This document shows, piece by piece, positions 1 to 12,230 of a stretch of DNA of 64,000 nt. The position numbers and the translations under genes were made by a program. Each line of letters begins with the position of its first letter. Position 1 is the stretch's first letter. This stretch comes from Eledone cirrhosa (lineage: Eukaryota). A model generated the notes under the pieces. That model was not told the DNA's origin, made no database searches, and worked only from the letters and a program-made list of their open reading frames with translations. The stretch is from contig OZ024743.1 in assembly GCA_964016885.1 (NCBI GenBank), positions 79,298,001 through 79,362,000 on the forward strand, given 5' to 3'.

Positions 1-198
1 TTTTTAGCGATATTGCTGTGATTGATTCTTTCTGGCTTTCTACCTCAGGAAATATTTACCAAAAATTGACAAGAACAGCCACTGTGGTAAATAAGTGTTC
101 TTTCCTTTCAGCAGTATTAAATTATCGTGGATTCAGTTTTATTGAGAGGATAAAATCAAATCCTTTATTATTTATATTCCTATTGATCATCAATAATT

Positions 199-777
199 AT
201 GGGTGGGCATATATCACTCCTTGATGGTCCCTCTGTCCAACTTGCTATGTTAGGACTGGACTCTGCGGGCAAGACCACTGTCTTGTATCGGCTTAAGTTT
301 GACCAGTACACGAACCCAGTACCAACAATAGGGTTTAATTACGAAAAGATTCGTGTTAAAACTGGTAAAGCAAAAGGTGCTACATTCTGCATCTGGGATG
401 TAGGGGGTCGCGACAAAACCCGACCCTTATGGAAGTCTTACACCCGATCTGCTGATGGTATTGTGTTTGTTGTGGACAGCGTAAACCGAGAAAAACTAGA
501 AGAGGCCCGGGTGGAACTGTTGAGACTTCTGCGGAGTCTGGAAGGGAACAGTCTACCTGTGTTGATTATAGCTAACAAACAGGACTTGCCGGCATCAATG
601 AGTCCGGAAGAAATAGAAAAATTATTAACTTTAAACGAAGCTTCCCCGGGTTTATTATGGCACGTTCAGCCAGCGTGTGCTGTGACCGGTGAGGGTCTTA
701 TTGAAGCAATGGATGCCATGTTCGAAATGATAGAGAAAAAGAAAAAAATGAACAAACAAATTAAAAAGAAAAGATGA
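199..777 (+). CDS. ARL4: ADP-ribosylation factor-like 4 family small GTPase (192 aa, single coding exon)
   Basis: N-terminal MGxxxS myristoylation motif, P-loop GLDSAGKT, PTIGFN, WDVGG, RPLWKSYTRSADGIVFVVDS, NKQD, ACA, and a basic C-terminus (KKKKMNKQIKKKR). Colinear with vertebrate ARL4A/C as recalled. A/C/D paralog not assignable. Confidence 0.93.
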   Translation: MGGHISLLDGPSVQLAMLGLDSAGKTTVLYRLKFDQYTNPVPTIGFNYEKIRVKTGKAKGATFCIWDVGGRDKTRPLWKSYTRSADGIVFVVDSVNREKLEEARVELLRLLRSLEGNSLPVLIIANKQDLPASMSPEEIEKLLTLNEASPGLLWHVQPACAVTGEGLIEAMDAMFEMIEKKKKMNKQIKKKR

Positions 778-1346
778 CTAGCAAAGTAATGATAATATAT
801 TTCTTTACACACCGAACTATCAACCTATCATCTACAACAGGTTGCCATCTATAATGCTTGTGAAAACCTCTCACCATAGATTTTGTCTCAGTATATGTTC
901 TATTGAACATGATGACTACCGAGATGCGGTCTTAAGCCGGTTGTCTCTGCTACATCTGGCCGAAATGTTATACTATACTCGAGGTTACTAAAGTATTCCC
1001 TAACCGTTCCAACTACGGTTTGCTTATTATTATTATTATTATTATTATGTTCAATTCAGACTTCCTCCGTTCCATTCATTTCTCTATCAAACCCTTTCCT
1101 TATTGTTTTTTGTCCCTTTTCTCCCTCACACACACAACAGACCTCCTCGTCCTATATATTACCTAGTCACAACAAATTATTCCCCTACCTCTCTTGTATT
1201 GATTATGTTGTTTTGTTCGATTTTCTTTTTGTTATTTAACAGAAATTACCCCCAGTTTACTAATGAGCTGAAATCTACACCATATTTGATATATATATAG
1301 CGATGCTATAATTAATATTTCTTTGTAGACAGCATCATAGGTGTAT

Positions 1347-1385
1347 CTTCTGATGAGGAGACAATAATCTCCGAAATACATAAAG
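1347..1385 (+). ncRNA. minimal type I hammerhead ribozyme motif (probably Penelope-like-element derived)
   Basis: CTT-CTGATGA-GGAGA-CAATAA-TCTCC-GAAA-TACA-TA-AAG: intact core, perfect 5-bp stem II, 3-bp stem I, tetraloop stem III. Confidence 0.6.
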
Positions 1386-2138
1386 TTTAATGTCATGTTT
1401 TTAACGTTTTTTCTTCTTCTGTATACAGAGGAAATAGTCACGCAGTTGCCAACCATTTCACCACCTAGGACCCAATTAATTTAAATGAATTTTCCCACGA
1501 ACTTTTCACTGCAATTGGACCCTCCCAGAGCCCTAGCGTTTTGGAATTCTAACAGAACCCTAGGGTTCGGGAATCCAAGCTGGAAATTACTGAAATTGTT
1601 GTAAACATGTTTCAATTTCATTCTTTCCACAGCTAAGGCTTCTAAATACCCCTCCCCCCAAATCTATAGTTATAACTATATTAAATTTGCCTTAAACCTT
1701 CTAATACTTTGCTGTGTTGTAGTATATACCCGTATTTAGTATAACTTTATAGTCTTGTAACAGTGGTGGTTATATTTTTAAAGAAGTACTTAAAATTTGT
1801 ATTCCTTGCTCACAAACTCAAGGCTGGGAATAGATGGAACAGAAAAAAGTGTTTACATTTTATACTTTCCATTAAAGTTACTCTAATTAATATCTAATAT
1901 ATGCTATGTTCTAGCATAAATATTTGATAACAATGTTTGCCTAGATCGAAGTAAATTAGTCGACGGTTTGTTGCAGTTTTATGAGTGGTTAGTCTAATAA
2001 GTTGTAAGAAGCAGGTTGAAAAACTGTGTCAGCACATTGATCTGTTAAACTTTGAGAATGAACTCAACTTAGTTCAGTATATAGTACATAGAAGTACTAG
2101 TAAGTCAATTGTGTGGCTAGAAATTTAAGGTAGGCTCT

Positions 2139-2214
<76 letters not shown>

Positions 2215-2345
2215 CAGAATGGATGCAGTAAAAACCTGTTAGACTGTTAGACCATTGCTTACCAGAGTACTTGATACTTGGGGTAGCAGAGTGTGGTAAT
2301 ATGAAGGATTCTGGACCCCGACAGCTGAGCTCCTTCTGTTTTTTT

Positions 2346-2514
2346 TTAAATATATATAATATATTGTTTCCATAGGAACGGTAAAGGAAAGGAGTGTGCT
2401 CTGTGTAGACTACAGCGCTATTTAGTTATGTAATAAACAACATAAAATAATTATTCCATTTACCAAAGGTTTAATAATTGGAATAATTGTTTTATGTTGT
2501 TTATTACATAACTA
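2346..2514 (-). mobile_element. asymmetric hairpin element (36-bp inverted arms plus unique tail) in a TA tract
   Basis: Arms 2423-2458 and 2479-2514 are reverse complements; unique tail on the left; flanked by TA-rich sequence. Confidence 0.45.
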
Positions 2515-2777
2515 TATATATATATATAATAGTAGTATTAATATTCTAGTTATAATATTACCAGTAGTTAATATTATAACTAGATTTACAGGTTGTTTTA
2601 TAGCTCAGTGCAGTGGCATACCGAGGTGTTATACAGAAATAACAAAACAAACGACACAGTACATTGAATATATTAGTTTAACGCTTGAAATAGCAGGAAA
2701 AGTGTCTATGTTTAGGTATTTGTAACTATAGTAAACCATGTTGACAAAGCATATTAGTTCCTTTATCAGTACTCTCG

Positions 2778-2843
<66 letters not shown>

Positions 2844-3496
2844 GCTACATTCGGTATCTTGTACCTATCTACTATATAAATAGTTGTAGCTATATACACG
2901 ACATAAATAGTGGTATTCTATAAATACAACACACATTACTGTATGCTGCAAATATATGGCTACACTTTCTATATATAATCATTTATAGTTCTATCTATCT
3001 ATCTATCTATCTCTCTCTCTCTATATATATATATATGTGTGTATATACACACACACGCACTACATATATAGCTGTATTCTATATAGCTAATTATCTATAG
3101 TTGTAGCTATATACACCACATATATAGCTGTATTTGATATATATATAAACATGTATAGTTGTATGTATATATATATAATACATATATGGTTGTATTGATA
3201 TATATAAACATATATAGCTGTATGTATATATATTAACATATATAGTTGTATTTGATATATATTAACATGTATAGTTGTATGTATATATAATACATATATG
3301 GTTGTATTTGATATATATTAACATATATAGTTGTATGTATATACACTGCATATATGGTTGTATGTATATATACACTACATATATAGCTGTATTCTATATA
3401 GCTAATCATTTATAGTTGTATCTACATACACCACATATATATTAACATGTATAGTTGTATGTATATATATTAACATGTATATTCTAGTTATATTAA

Positions 3497-3876
3497 CCCT
3501 TTAGCATTCACATTATTTTTGGTGGATTGGCAGTATCGGTAGAGAGTCGGACACCATACTTTGAAGCATAGAGTTACGTCCCTTTATGATCTGAGTTCAA
3601 ATCCCGCCGAGGTTAACTTTGCCTTTCATCCTTACGGGTCGATAAAATAAAGTACCAGTAATGCACTGGGTAATTGCTGGCCTTGTGCCAAAAGTAGAAA
3701 CAATTATTTTATATTTACTATTATATTTTCATAATTATCTCACATAATATTAAATCTATGAGATTTTGAAAGTATTTATTTTGAAAACAATACCTTAACA
3801 TCAGTTTGAGCGACCAGTTACAGCCAGTTTCAATAGAAAGAGGTAGAGAATTCTGGCTGGTTTGAACACTAAAGGG
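3497..3876. mobile_element. piggyBac-type MITE with a nested SINE
   Basis: TTAA|CCCTTTAGCATTCA ... TGAACACTAAAGGG|TTAA, giving a TTAA TSD and CCC/GGG termini; second copy at 43777-43984. Confidence 0.75.
3522..3705 (+). mobile_element. tRNA-derived SINE family 1 (core GCCTTTCATCCTTACGGGGTCGATAAAATAAAGTACCAG)
   Basis: A-box-like TGGCAGTATCGG, B-box GAGTTCAAATCC, conserved core, short ATT-rich tail. About 12 full or partial copies in the window. Confidence 0.8.
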
Positions 3877-4001
3877 TTAACATGTATAGTTATATTCTAG
3901 TTATGTAAATTTAAAGCAGTAGACTACTCTATGTTGTATAAAAGATAGGCCATTGAAACTGTGGGTTCAATCTGTTACTATATATATATATATGTGTATA
4001 T

Positions 4002-4170
4002 CATTTCATTAAGGCTAGTGAGTGTTGTTACTCTAGAGTGTCACCTGTTGTGTCTGATAACTCTGTAATAAACAGGTGAAACTCCAGAGTAACAACACAG
4101 TTTATGACCAATGAAATGTTTCCATTGCTCTATACCTGATTTAACCTCCTGGCAGAGGTTTCACTGCTTT
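4002..4170 (+). mobile_element. Penelope-like pLTR remnant: inverted repeat with degenerate hammerhead core
   Basis: Inverted repeat 4002-4118 containing CTGATAA(4054)...CTGT/ACAG...GAAAC-TCCAGA-GTA-ACAACA; unique 3' tail; flanked by TA repeats. Confidence 0.55.
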
Positions 4171-4190
4171 ATATGTGTGAGTATATATAT

Positions 4191-4400
4191 ATATTTAATA
4201 TAGAAAGGCTTCTACAGGACTAGAACTGTTTCAATCGGAAGAAATCATCAGGAAGCCCTGATGATTTCTTCCAAATGAAACAGTTCTAGTCCTGTAGAAA
4301 CCTTTCTATATTAAATATTTATACTCTTTGTATTGAGTACCTTACTTACTGTGGTTATCCCCCCCCCCCTCCCCCGATTGAACCCAGGATAAACTTTATA
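4191..4400 (+). mobile_element. Penelope-like pLTR hairpin element with hammerhead-like cores on both arms
   Basis: ~60-bp arms centred on CAGG-AAGC-CCTG; CTGATGA 4258-4264, GAAAC 4277-4281, GTC downstream; unique ~80-nt tail. Homologs at 16245-16280, 55291-55480 and 56862-56906. Confidence 0.6.
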
Positions 4401-4627
4401 TATATATATAATGAAGGTCATTAGATGAAACCAAGGAAACAATATTATCTGCAGGTCACAACTTTATTCAGAAGGTCACATACGAACCACACTTCTTTCT
4501 TCCTCTTCATATGACCCAATTATTTTAAATGGGATTTTATTAACATTGCCCTTCAGCTAGATACTGTGTGGGGGTAACAAGAGTGACATTAAATGACTGA
4601 GCTTGAGAGGTAAAAGATACCTGTAGG

Positions 4628-4919
4628 CAGGGTTGGATTTAAACCTTGGGGGTGTCCGGGACACTTTAGGTTTGTCCGCCCCCCCCCCCCCCCCCCATAC
4701 ATAAAAAACTACAATACACTGCAAAACCCCCAATTTTACATATCAAAGTTACCTTGGTACAAGTAATTGTTGAAAAGTTATACATATAGGTATTAAATTA
4801 TAAAATTCTAACCATCCAGCTGAGGGTACAAATAAATTGCTATGGCCGTCATTGGTGGGGTCCACCACTGCAAAGGCCCCAGAGCATTTCCCCCCCCCCC
4901 CCCATTAAATCCAGCCCTT
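4628..4919. mobile_element. non-autonomous DNA transposon (MITE)
   Basis: TIRs CAGGGTTGGATTTAA / TTAAATCCAGCCCT; direct repeat ACCTGTAGG on both flanks (4619-4627, 4920-4928). Confidence 0.75.
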
Positions 4920-5195
4920 ACCTGTAGGTAGATAGGTACAGTAGCTATTAATATATAACACACACACACTATTCAACTTTCACTTCAGTTTTATTATTAT
5001 TAGTTATTGATTATATTATCAAATTTCTTTTGTCACACATTCTGTGACCTCCTCAATGACTGTTCTTCTTTCTGGTTTTATTCTGTTTGTTCTACCTGGT
5101 CTTTCAGAATGTTATATATATATATACAATATTATTGAGATTACTTTCAGTTGCTACTCTGAGTTTCATGGATTCCTGTTAATGACATTGCGAGA

Positions 5196-5253
<58 letters not shown>

Positions 5254-5679
5254 TATATATATGATAGCTGCCACTTTTTTCCAGAAGAGGGCCATCTCTT
5301 CATCAAATTCCTTATTAATGAACTGCAGGCTGTTGACCAGGCTTTGTTTAGGTCATTTTTTCTAGACCCTTTCCATGTGGTATATATGAGCAGTGGATAT
5401 ATATATATATATAATGTGTGTATATAAATATACATACTCTATTTGTCAGGTTTTCTCCAGCTTCAGCTTAAGATATAAGAGTCAATAGAAGAAATGTTGT
5501 TTGTATTTTTAAGAAGATTGAAATATTTAATTAAGAATTTATTTTCGTAATAATTTAATTTAAAAAGATTAATCTAGAAATATGTATGCCTGTAAGTACT
5601 TGTAACTCTTGGTGGAATAGTATGGGTTCTGACATACAGCATTTGTTGTGCATTTTAGACCTGGTGGATCACACCTACT

Positions 5680-5898
5680 CTCCAGGAGGGGAGGAGTGTC
5701 GTACTCTCAGTCACTTCACACTACGAATCTGGGATAAGCACTGGCCTGGCGAAACTCCTGGCTTGAAACAAACTTTAACCTTGTGGTGGACTGGTGTCCT
5801 GTCCAGGTGGGAGTTGTGTACTCTCAGTCACTTCACACTACAAAACTGGGATAAGCACCGACCTGGCAAGCCTCCTGGTTTGAGACAGGCTTTAGACT
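5680..5898 (+). mobile_element. tandem pair of SINE 3' tail fragments
   Basis: Two copies of GTACTCTCAGTCACTTCACACTAC..GGGATAAGCAC..CCTGGC..CTCCTGG; similar to the tail of the SINE at 36726-37121. Confidence 0.55.
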
Positions 5899-6251
5899 AG
5901 ATTTAGCGACTATAGAATATTTGCATGATCCAAGATATTCAGTCTTGTATCATCATCATCATCACTGTTTTACATCCACTTCTTCCATGCTGGATCATAC
6001 AGTCTATTTTGTCATAGTTTATGTGGTTGGATGCTTTTCCTAATACAGAACAATTTTCAGTGTTAAATTGGTGCATTTAGACAGCACCAGTACTACCATT
6101 TTACAGAATGGGTTTATCAGGACACTGGCATTACCACATTACAAAATATTTTAGGTGTATTGTATCATGTCACTAGTGTGACAACTTTGTAGAATGGGCT
6201 GAGTGCCTTTTATCATCTTACTGCCAGTCCCACATTAGAGTGCATTGCATA

Positions 6252-7074
6252 CATCATCATCATCATCATCAGCGTTTAACGTCCGTGTTCCACGCTTGCA
6301 TGGGTTTGGACGGGGGTAGTCCCACTTGAGGCAAGAGTGATTGTCTTGCTCGCATAGGACTGTCTGGCAGGTTTTCTACAGTTGGATGCCCTTCCTAACA
6401 CCAACCACATTTACAGTGTGGGTCTGGGAGGTTTTTACCGTGTTGCCTACACGGCCACATTACAGCGTGGACTGTGTGTTTTTTTGTCGTGACACCTACA
6501 CGATCTCATTTGTTTCGGCCTCGATGGCGCGGCACCAACATAACTTTACATAGAACGGGGTGGTGTGGATCGGGTGGGGGTGGTGGGACGGGGTGTATTT
6601 GTTAGAGATGCCTACTGGCTGGAGTAGGTTTTACTATATATTTAGGTAAGGCGGGTCTTCTCTGTTACTGAGTACCGCCAAAGGTCTCGGTCCAGTGACA
6701 TTGTCTTGGAGAGGTGTAAGTGTGTGATGTCGGAGTTTATCAGCTCGTCCCAGGTTTTTCTAGGTCTGCCTATTCCGTGACTACCGTCTATCTTTATTGC
6801 CCTGCACTTTGTTATACAGCTATCGACTTTCATGCGCATCACGTGTCCATACCAACGTAGCCTTCTCTCGAGTAAACAACATCTGATCCCTCTTATCTCT
6901 AATTTATTCCTTAGTTCGTTTATGCTTTGCCGTTCACGTATATTACTGTTACACATCCAGCGGAGCATGCAAGCTTCGTTCCTCTCTAGTCTGCGTATAT
7001 CCTCTGCACACAATGCCCAGGTCTCACTGCCATGCAGCATTGCTGTTCGTATGCAGGCATCGTACAACCTGCCT
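6252..7074 (-). mobile_element. 5'-truncated RTE-clade LINE, family A
   Basis: ORF 6642-7067 ([16 protein letters not shown]...[11 protein letters not shown]...GRPRKTW), 3' UTR and (GAT)n tail; near-identical to the copies at 10851 and 44253. Confidence 0.9.
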
Positions 7075-7128
7075 ATACATATTTATATATTTACATACAC
7101 ATATAAACACATATATATACATAGATTA

Positions 7129-7161
<33 letters not shown>

Positions 7162-7311
7162 ATATATATATATATATAAATCATTGTGATTGTGTTTGGA
7201 ATGTTAATTGAAACCAACTAATGAAATATTATCTTCAGAAAAGGAAAATGCAGTTGGCAAAATATCAGTGCATGTAGACTGTGTATATATACACACACAT
7301 ATGTACATGCA

Positions 7312-7346
<35 letters not shown>

Positions 7347-8112
7347 TGGGTGTGGCTTATGGTAGTCGTAAATTCAGTTTTTCCCCACCTCTGAAGAAAG
7401 CTTCTATTCCCATGAAGGTGGAGTATAACCCTGAAACCACATTTGTAAAATCAATGATAGCCATTTATAAGGAAGGCCAACAAGGGAGGTTTCAGCAGGT
7501 ACATATATTGTGGTAGTGGCTAGGTCAGAAGTTCCAAGGGGGGCTCTTGTCAATATATAATATCCCCCTCATCTACTTGTCAGAAAAGACTCACCAAATG
7601 TGAATATTAGGATGAGGTTCCCCACCTTCTCTGCTTTTCAAGACAAAACAGTTTGTTTCTATTTTCCAAAACTGTTCAGGAAAGCCTTGTGTAAAATACA
7701 CACATATAATATCTAGACCTGTAACTCCCGGGGAAACTGTAGGAGTGCTGTAGTAACATACAGCGTTTCATATTATTTAAAAACCTAATGGAGCCCAACT
7801 CCTCTCCAGCTCTACACATAATATACATGTTTGCTAATACCTCTATTTTACCCTGCACTGTCTCTTGTAGATAGATGTACTACAAGACTGCAATAGTTAA
7901 TTAATTAAAGTTTCCTGTTAATTAATATATTTGTGGCTTGTAAAATCATGGCAAAAACATGAGTTAAATGTAATTAGCACACTGATCATGTCTGAGGATG
8001 TTACAACCTATCTAAACATGGAGAACATGTTAAAACAGTGATTATATAAAGTTTGATTCCAGACACAATATGTTTATATATAATAAACATACATTTAGTA
8101 TGAGAATATGTG

Positions 8113-8448
8113 AAGGTGCATGGCTTAGTGGTTGGAGAATTGGGCTTGCAATTGCGAGGTTGTGAGTTAGAATCCTGAACCGAGTGGTATGTTGTGTTCT
8201 TGATCAACACATTATTTCACATTGCTCCAGTTCACTCAGCTGTAGAAATGAGTTGAGATATCACTGGTGTTAAGCTGTATCGGCCATTGACTTTCTCTTT
8301 GTCTTTGGCAACATCGGTGGTGTGGAGAGGGGAGACTGGTGTGGATGGGTGACTGTTGGTCTTCCATAAACACACCTTGGCTTGTGCCTCAGAGGGGAAC
8401 TTTCTAGGTGCAAAACCATGGTCCTTTGTGACAGAAGGGGTCTTCCCC
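8113..8448 (+). mobile_element. tRNA-derived SINE family 2 (CORE-like centre, own tail)
   Basis: A box TGGCTTAGTGG, degenerate B box, GTGTTCTTGATCAACACATTATTTCACATTGCTCCAG..CAGCTG centre shared with the 10298 and 36726 elements. Confidence 0.7.
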
Positions 8449-8920
8449 AATATGTGAGTATATTGTGATTATGTCACAGCTATCTGAGGATCACGGCCAG
8501 GGCAGTGGATACCTGTACTTTACTGTCCTTGCAGCTCATCAGCTCTCATCTATGTCCATCTGCTCACATCATCAGATTCAAATCATCTTAATGTATGTTT
8601 ATTATACAGAAATATATTATTGTGTGTTTATATACACCTTTATTCTGAATAATACTGAAAATTATGATGGAAGGTTTATAGATAAATAATGTATTTGAGA
8701 AGATTTAGCAATATAACTAAGGTTTTTTAGATAAATATAAACACTATAAAACATGTAGCTTAGTATTGTTAACCCATGGGCTGGTTATAAGCAGTTTAGT
8801 ATCAAAAGGGTTAAGTATATTTTTGTCAGAATATTTAAATATATTTTTGTCAGAATATGTCCTGGTACGTTGGAAAGATGGAGGAGTGTTGATGCTAATA
8901 TAACATTGTTTTATATATAT

Positions 8921-9230
8921 GACAAACAGCACCCAGTCCACACTGTAAAGTGGTCATGTAGGTGTCATGACAAACAGCACCCAGTCCACACTGTAAAGTG
9001 GTCATGTAGGTGTCATGACAAACAGCACCCAGTCCACACTGTAAAGTGGTCATGTAGGTGTCATGACAAACAGGATCCAGTTCACACTGTAAATAGTTGG
9101 CATTAGGAAGAGCTGGGTAGAAACCCAGCTAGAAATGGAGCATATAAGATGTCAGTTGACCAGTCAAGACTCAGTATGTGATAACCAATGTAGACATAGA
9201 AAGTAGACATTACATGTAGATGGTGATATA
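8921..9230 (+). repeat. 4 x 48-bp tandem repeat of a SINE/LINE-UTR module, followed by a degenerate tail
   Basis: GACAAACAGCACCCAGTCCACACTGTAAAGTGGTCATGTAGGTGTCAT starting at 8921, 8969, 9017 and 9065. Confidence 0.85.
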
Positions 9231-9377
9231 AAAGTGATGAACAATACAGCAGTGTTTTTGAAGAAACCTGATATTCTTCTTACAACACATTTGTTTCAGT
9301 TTCAGTAATCCAACCCTAAATTACTTCACATACAACAACTTAGTGTTTTATTATTAGTATTATTATCATTATCAAGG

Positions 9378-9575
9378 GTGGTGGATTGGCAGTATCGGTA
9401 GAGGGTCGGACACCATGCTTTGAAGCAAAGAGTTACACCCCTTAACGGTCCGACTTCAAATCCCACTGAGGTTAACTTTGCCTTACGGAGTTGATAAAAT
9501 AAAGTACCAGTAATGGGGTCAATTTAATTGACTTTCCCCTCCCCCCAAAATTGCTGGCCTAAAGTAGAAACCATT
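9378..9575 (+). mobile_element. SINE family 1 copy
   Basis: Same head and core as 3522-3705. Confidence 0.75.
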
Positions 9576-9959
9576 ATTATTATTTTGCTCCATGTGTGAG
9601 GGACAGGATCATTAGAGTGACTCTTTGTTCTCAGATCAAACTCTAAGGTCAATTTACCTTTTCATACTTCTGGTATCATTAAATAAAATACCAGTCAAAT
9701 ATTGGGGTCGATTTAATCAACTTTCCCCTCCCCACCATTGTTGACCTTGTGCCTATATTAGGAACTACTATTCCGCACCATATAGACAGTTGGGTCATAA
9801 GGTCAACATGATACAAGATGGAAGGGTCATAGGGTCAAGATGATACAAGGAGAGGGACCTAGAAGGGTCGTAAGGTCAACATGATACTTAATATATTAAA
9901 CTAATATATTACTTCATTGTACTGTGTCATTAGCTTTGTTATTTCTGATTACTTTTTAC

Positions 9960-10296
<337 letters not shown>

Positions 10297-10297
10297 T

Positions 10298-10642
10298 GGA
10301 GGCATATGGCTTAGTGGTTAGAGCATTGGCCTTGCAATCGAAAGGTTGTGAGTTCAATTCTCAGACCGGGTGATGTGTTGTTTCCTTGAGCAAGAGACTT
10401 TATTTCACATTGCTCCAGTTTACTCAGCTGTAGAAATGAGATGATAGGGACAGGGGTCTCTATCATTCCACTGCAAAGTGGTCGTGAAGGTGCCACGGCA
10501 AAAAAGCACCCACCACTCACTGTAAATGAGGTTGGTGTTAGGAAGGGCATCCAGCTGTAGAAATCATGCCAGAATCAGTTCCCGTCCCACCCTTGCAAGC
10601 AGGGAAAAGCGGACGTAAAATGAAATGATGATGATGATGATG
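10298..10642 (+). mobile_element. chimeric tRNA SINE (family 2 head, second core, RTE family C tail)
   Basis: tRNA-like head, CORE-like block, GGTGTTAGGAAGGGCATCCAGCTGTAGAA block, and tail CCCGTCCCACCCTTGCAAGCAGGGAAAAGCGGACGTAAAATGA identical to 48664-48706. Confidence 0.75.
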
Positions 10643-10818
10643 ACACACATATATATATACATATATATACATATATATATATACACATATATATATACAT
10701 ATATATATACACATATATACATATATATATATACATATATATATACACATATATATACATATATATACATATATATATACATATATATACATATATATAT
10801 ATACATATATATATACAC

Positions 10819-10849
<31 letters not shown>

Positions 10850-10850
10850 T

Positions 10851-12230
10851 ATCATCATCATCAACGTTTAACGTCCGTGTTCCACGCTTGCATGGGTTTG
10901 GACGGGGGTTTTCCCACTTGAGGCAAGAGTGATTATCTTGCTCGCATAGGACTATCTGACGGGTTTTCTACAGCTGGATGCCCTTCCTAACACCAACCAC
11001 ATTTACAGTGTGGGGCTGGGAGGCTTTTACCGTGTTGCCTACACGGCCACATTACAGCGTGGACTGTCTGGCGGGTTTTCTACAGCTGGATGCCCTTCCT
11101 AACACCAACCACATTTACAGTGTGGGGCTGGGAGGTTTTTACCGTGTTGCCTACATGACCACATTACAGCGTGAACTGTGTGTTTTTTTTGTCGTGACAC
11201 CTACACGATCTCATTTGTTTCGGCCTGGATGTTGTGGCACCAACATAACTTTACATTGAAAGGGGCGGTGTGGATGGGGTGGGGGTGGTGGGACGGGGGT
11301 GTATTTTGTTAGAGATGCCTACTGACTGTAGTAGGTTTTACTTTGTATTTAGGTAAGGCGGGTCTTCTCTATTACTGAGTACCGCCAAAGGTCTCGGTCC
11401 AGTGACATTGTCTTGGTGAGGTGTAAGTGTGTGAGCTCAGAATTTATCAGCTCGTCCCAGGTTTTTCTGGGTCTGCCTATTCCATGGCTACCATCTATCT
11501 TTATTGCCCTGCACTTTGTTATACAGCTATCGTCTTTCATGCGCATCACGTGACCATACCAACGTAGCCTTCTCTCGAGTAAACAACATCTGATCCCTCT
11601 TATTTCTAATTTTTTCCTTAGTTCGTTTATGCTTTGACGTTCACGTATATTATTATTACACATCCAGCGGAGCATGCAAGCTTCGTTTCTCTCTAGTCTG
11701 CGTATATCCTCTGCACACAATGCCCAGGTCTCACTGCCATGCAACATTGCTGTTCGTATGCAGGCATCATACAACCTGCCTTTCATTTTTAGGGAGAACC
11801 CTTTAGCGGCTAATAGTGGTATAAGCTCTCTGAACTTTTTCCATCCAGTTCTGACTCTAGCTACTGTACTTTCAGAGCACCCTCCCCCACTGCTGATTTT
11901 GTCACCCAGGTAATGGAAGCTGTCCACTATTTCTATAGAACCCTCTGCGCAGTTGAAAGAGCTAGTATTTTGTGGACACTTGCTGCTACTTATTGCACCA
12001 GAGCACCGGCCACATGTAAAATCTATGTTCTTAGTTAGCATACCTGTGATCCCACTACATCTTTTATGCACCCATACTTTGCATTTGGGACACAAAATGG
12101 AGTTTCTACCTATGCCTTTCCTACACACTGAGCATGGCCACTTCCCGGAAGGGACCGCCGCCTTATTTTCTTTCTTACAAACTAGAACTTTAGTCTTAGC
12201 CAGGTTAATTTTAAGGCCTTTTGATTCTAG
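10851..12230 (-). mobile_element. 5'-truncated RTE-clade LINE, family A (includes the PHD finger)
   Basis: Coding from [15 protein letters not shown] through WPCSVC...HKRC...CGRC and FHYLG to KTRLT*; ~110-bp duplication in the 3' UTR; (GAT)n tail. Confidence 0.92.

Noticed and set aside
409-411. Q-to-R change in ARL4 as hard-wired A-to-I editing
   Set aside because: Editing of CAG/CAA would give CGG/CGA, but the codon is CGC, so the sequence does not directly support this.
8113-8190. tRNA gene (also at 10298, 24763 and 36726)
   Set aside because: A and B boxes are present, but there is no complete cloverleaf and each runs into a SINE body.
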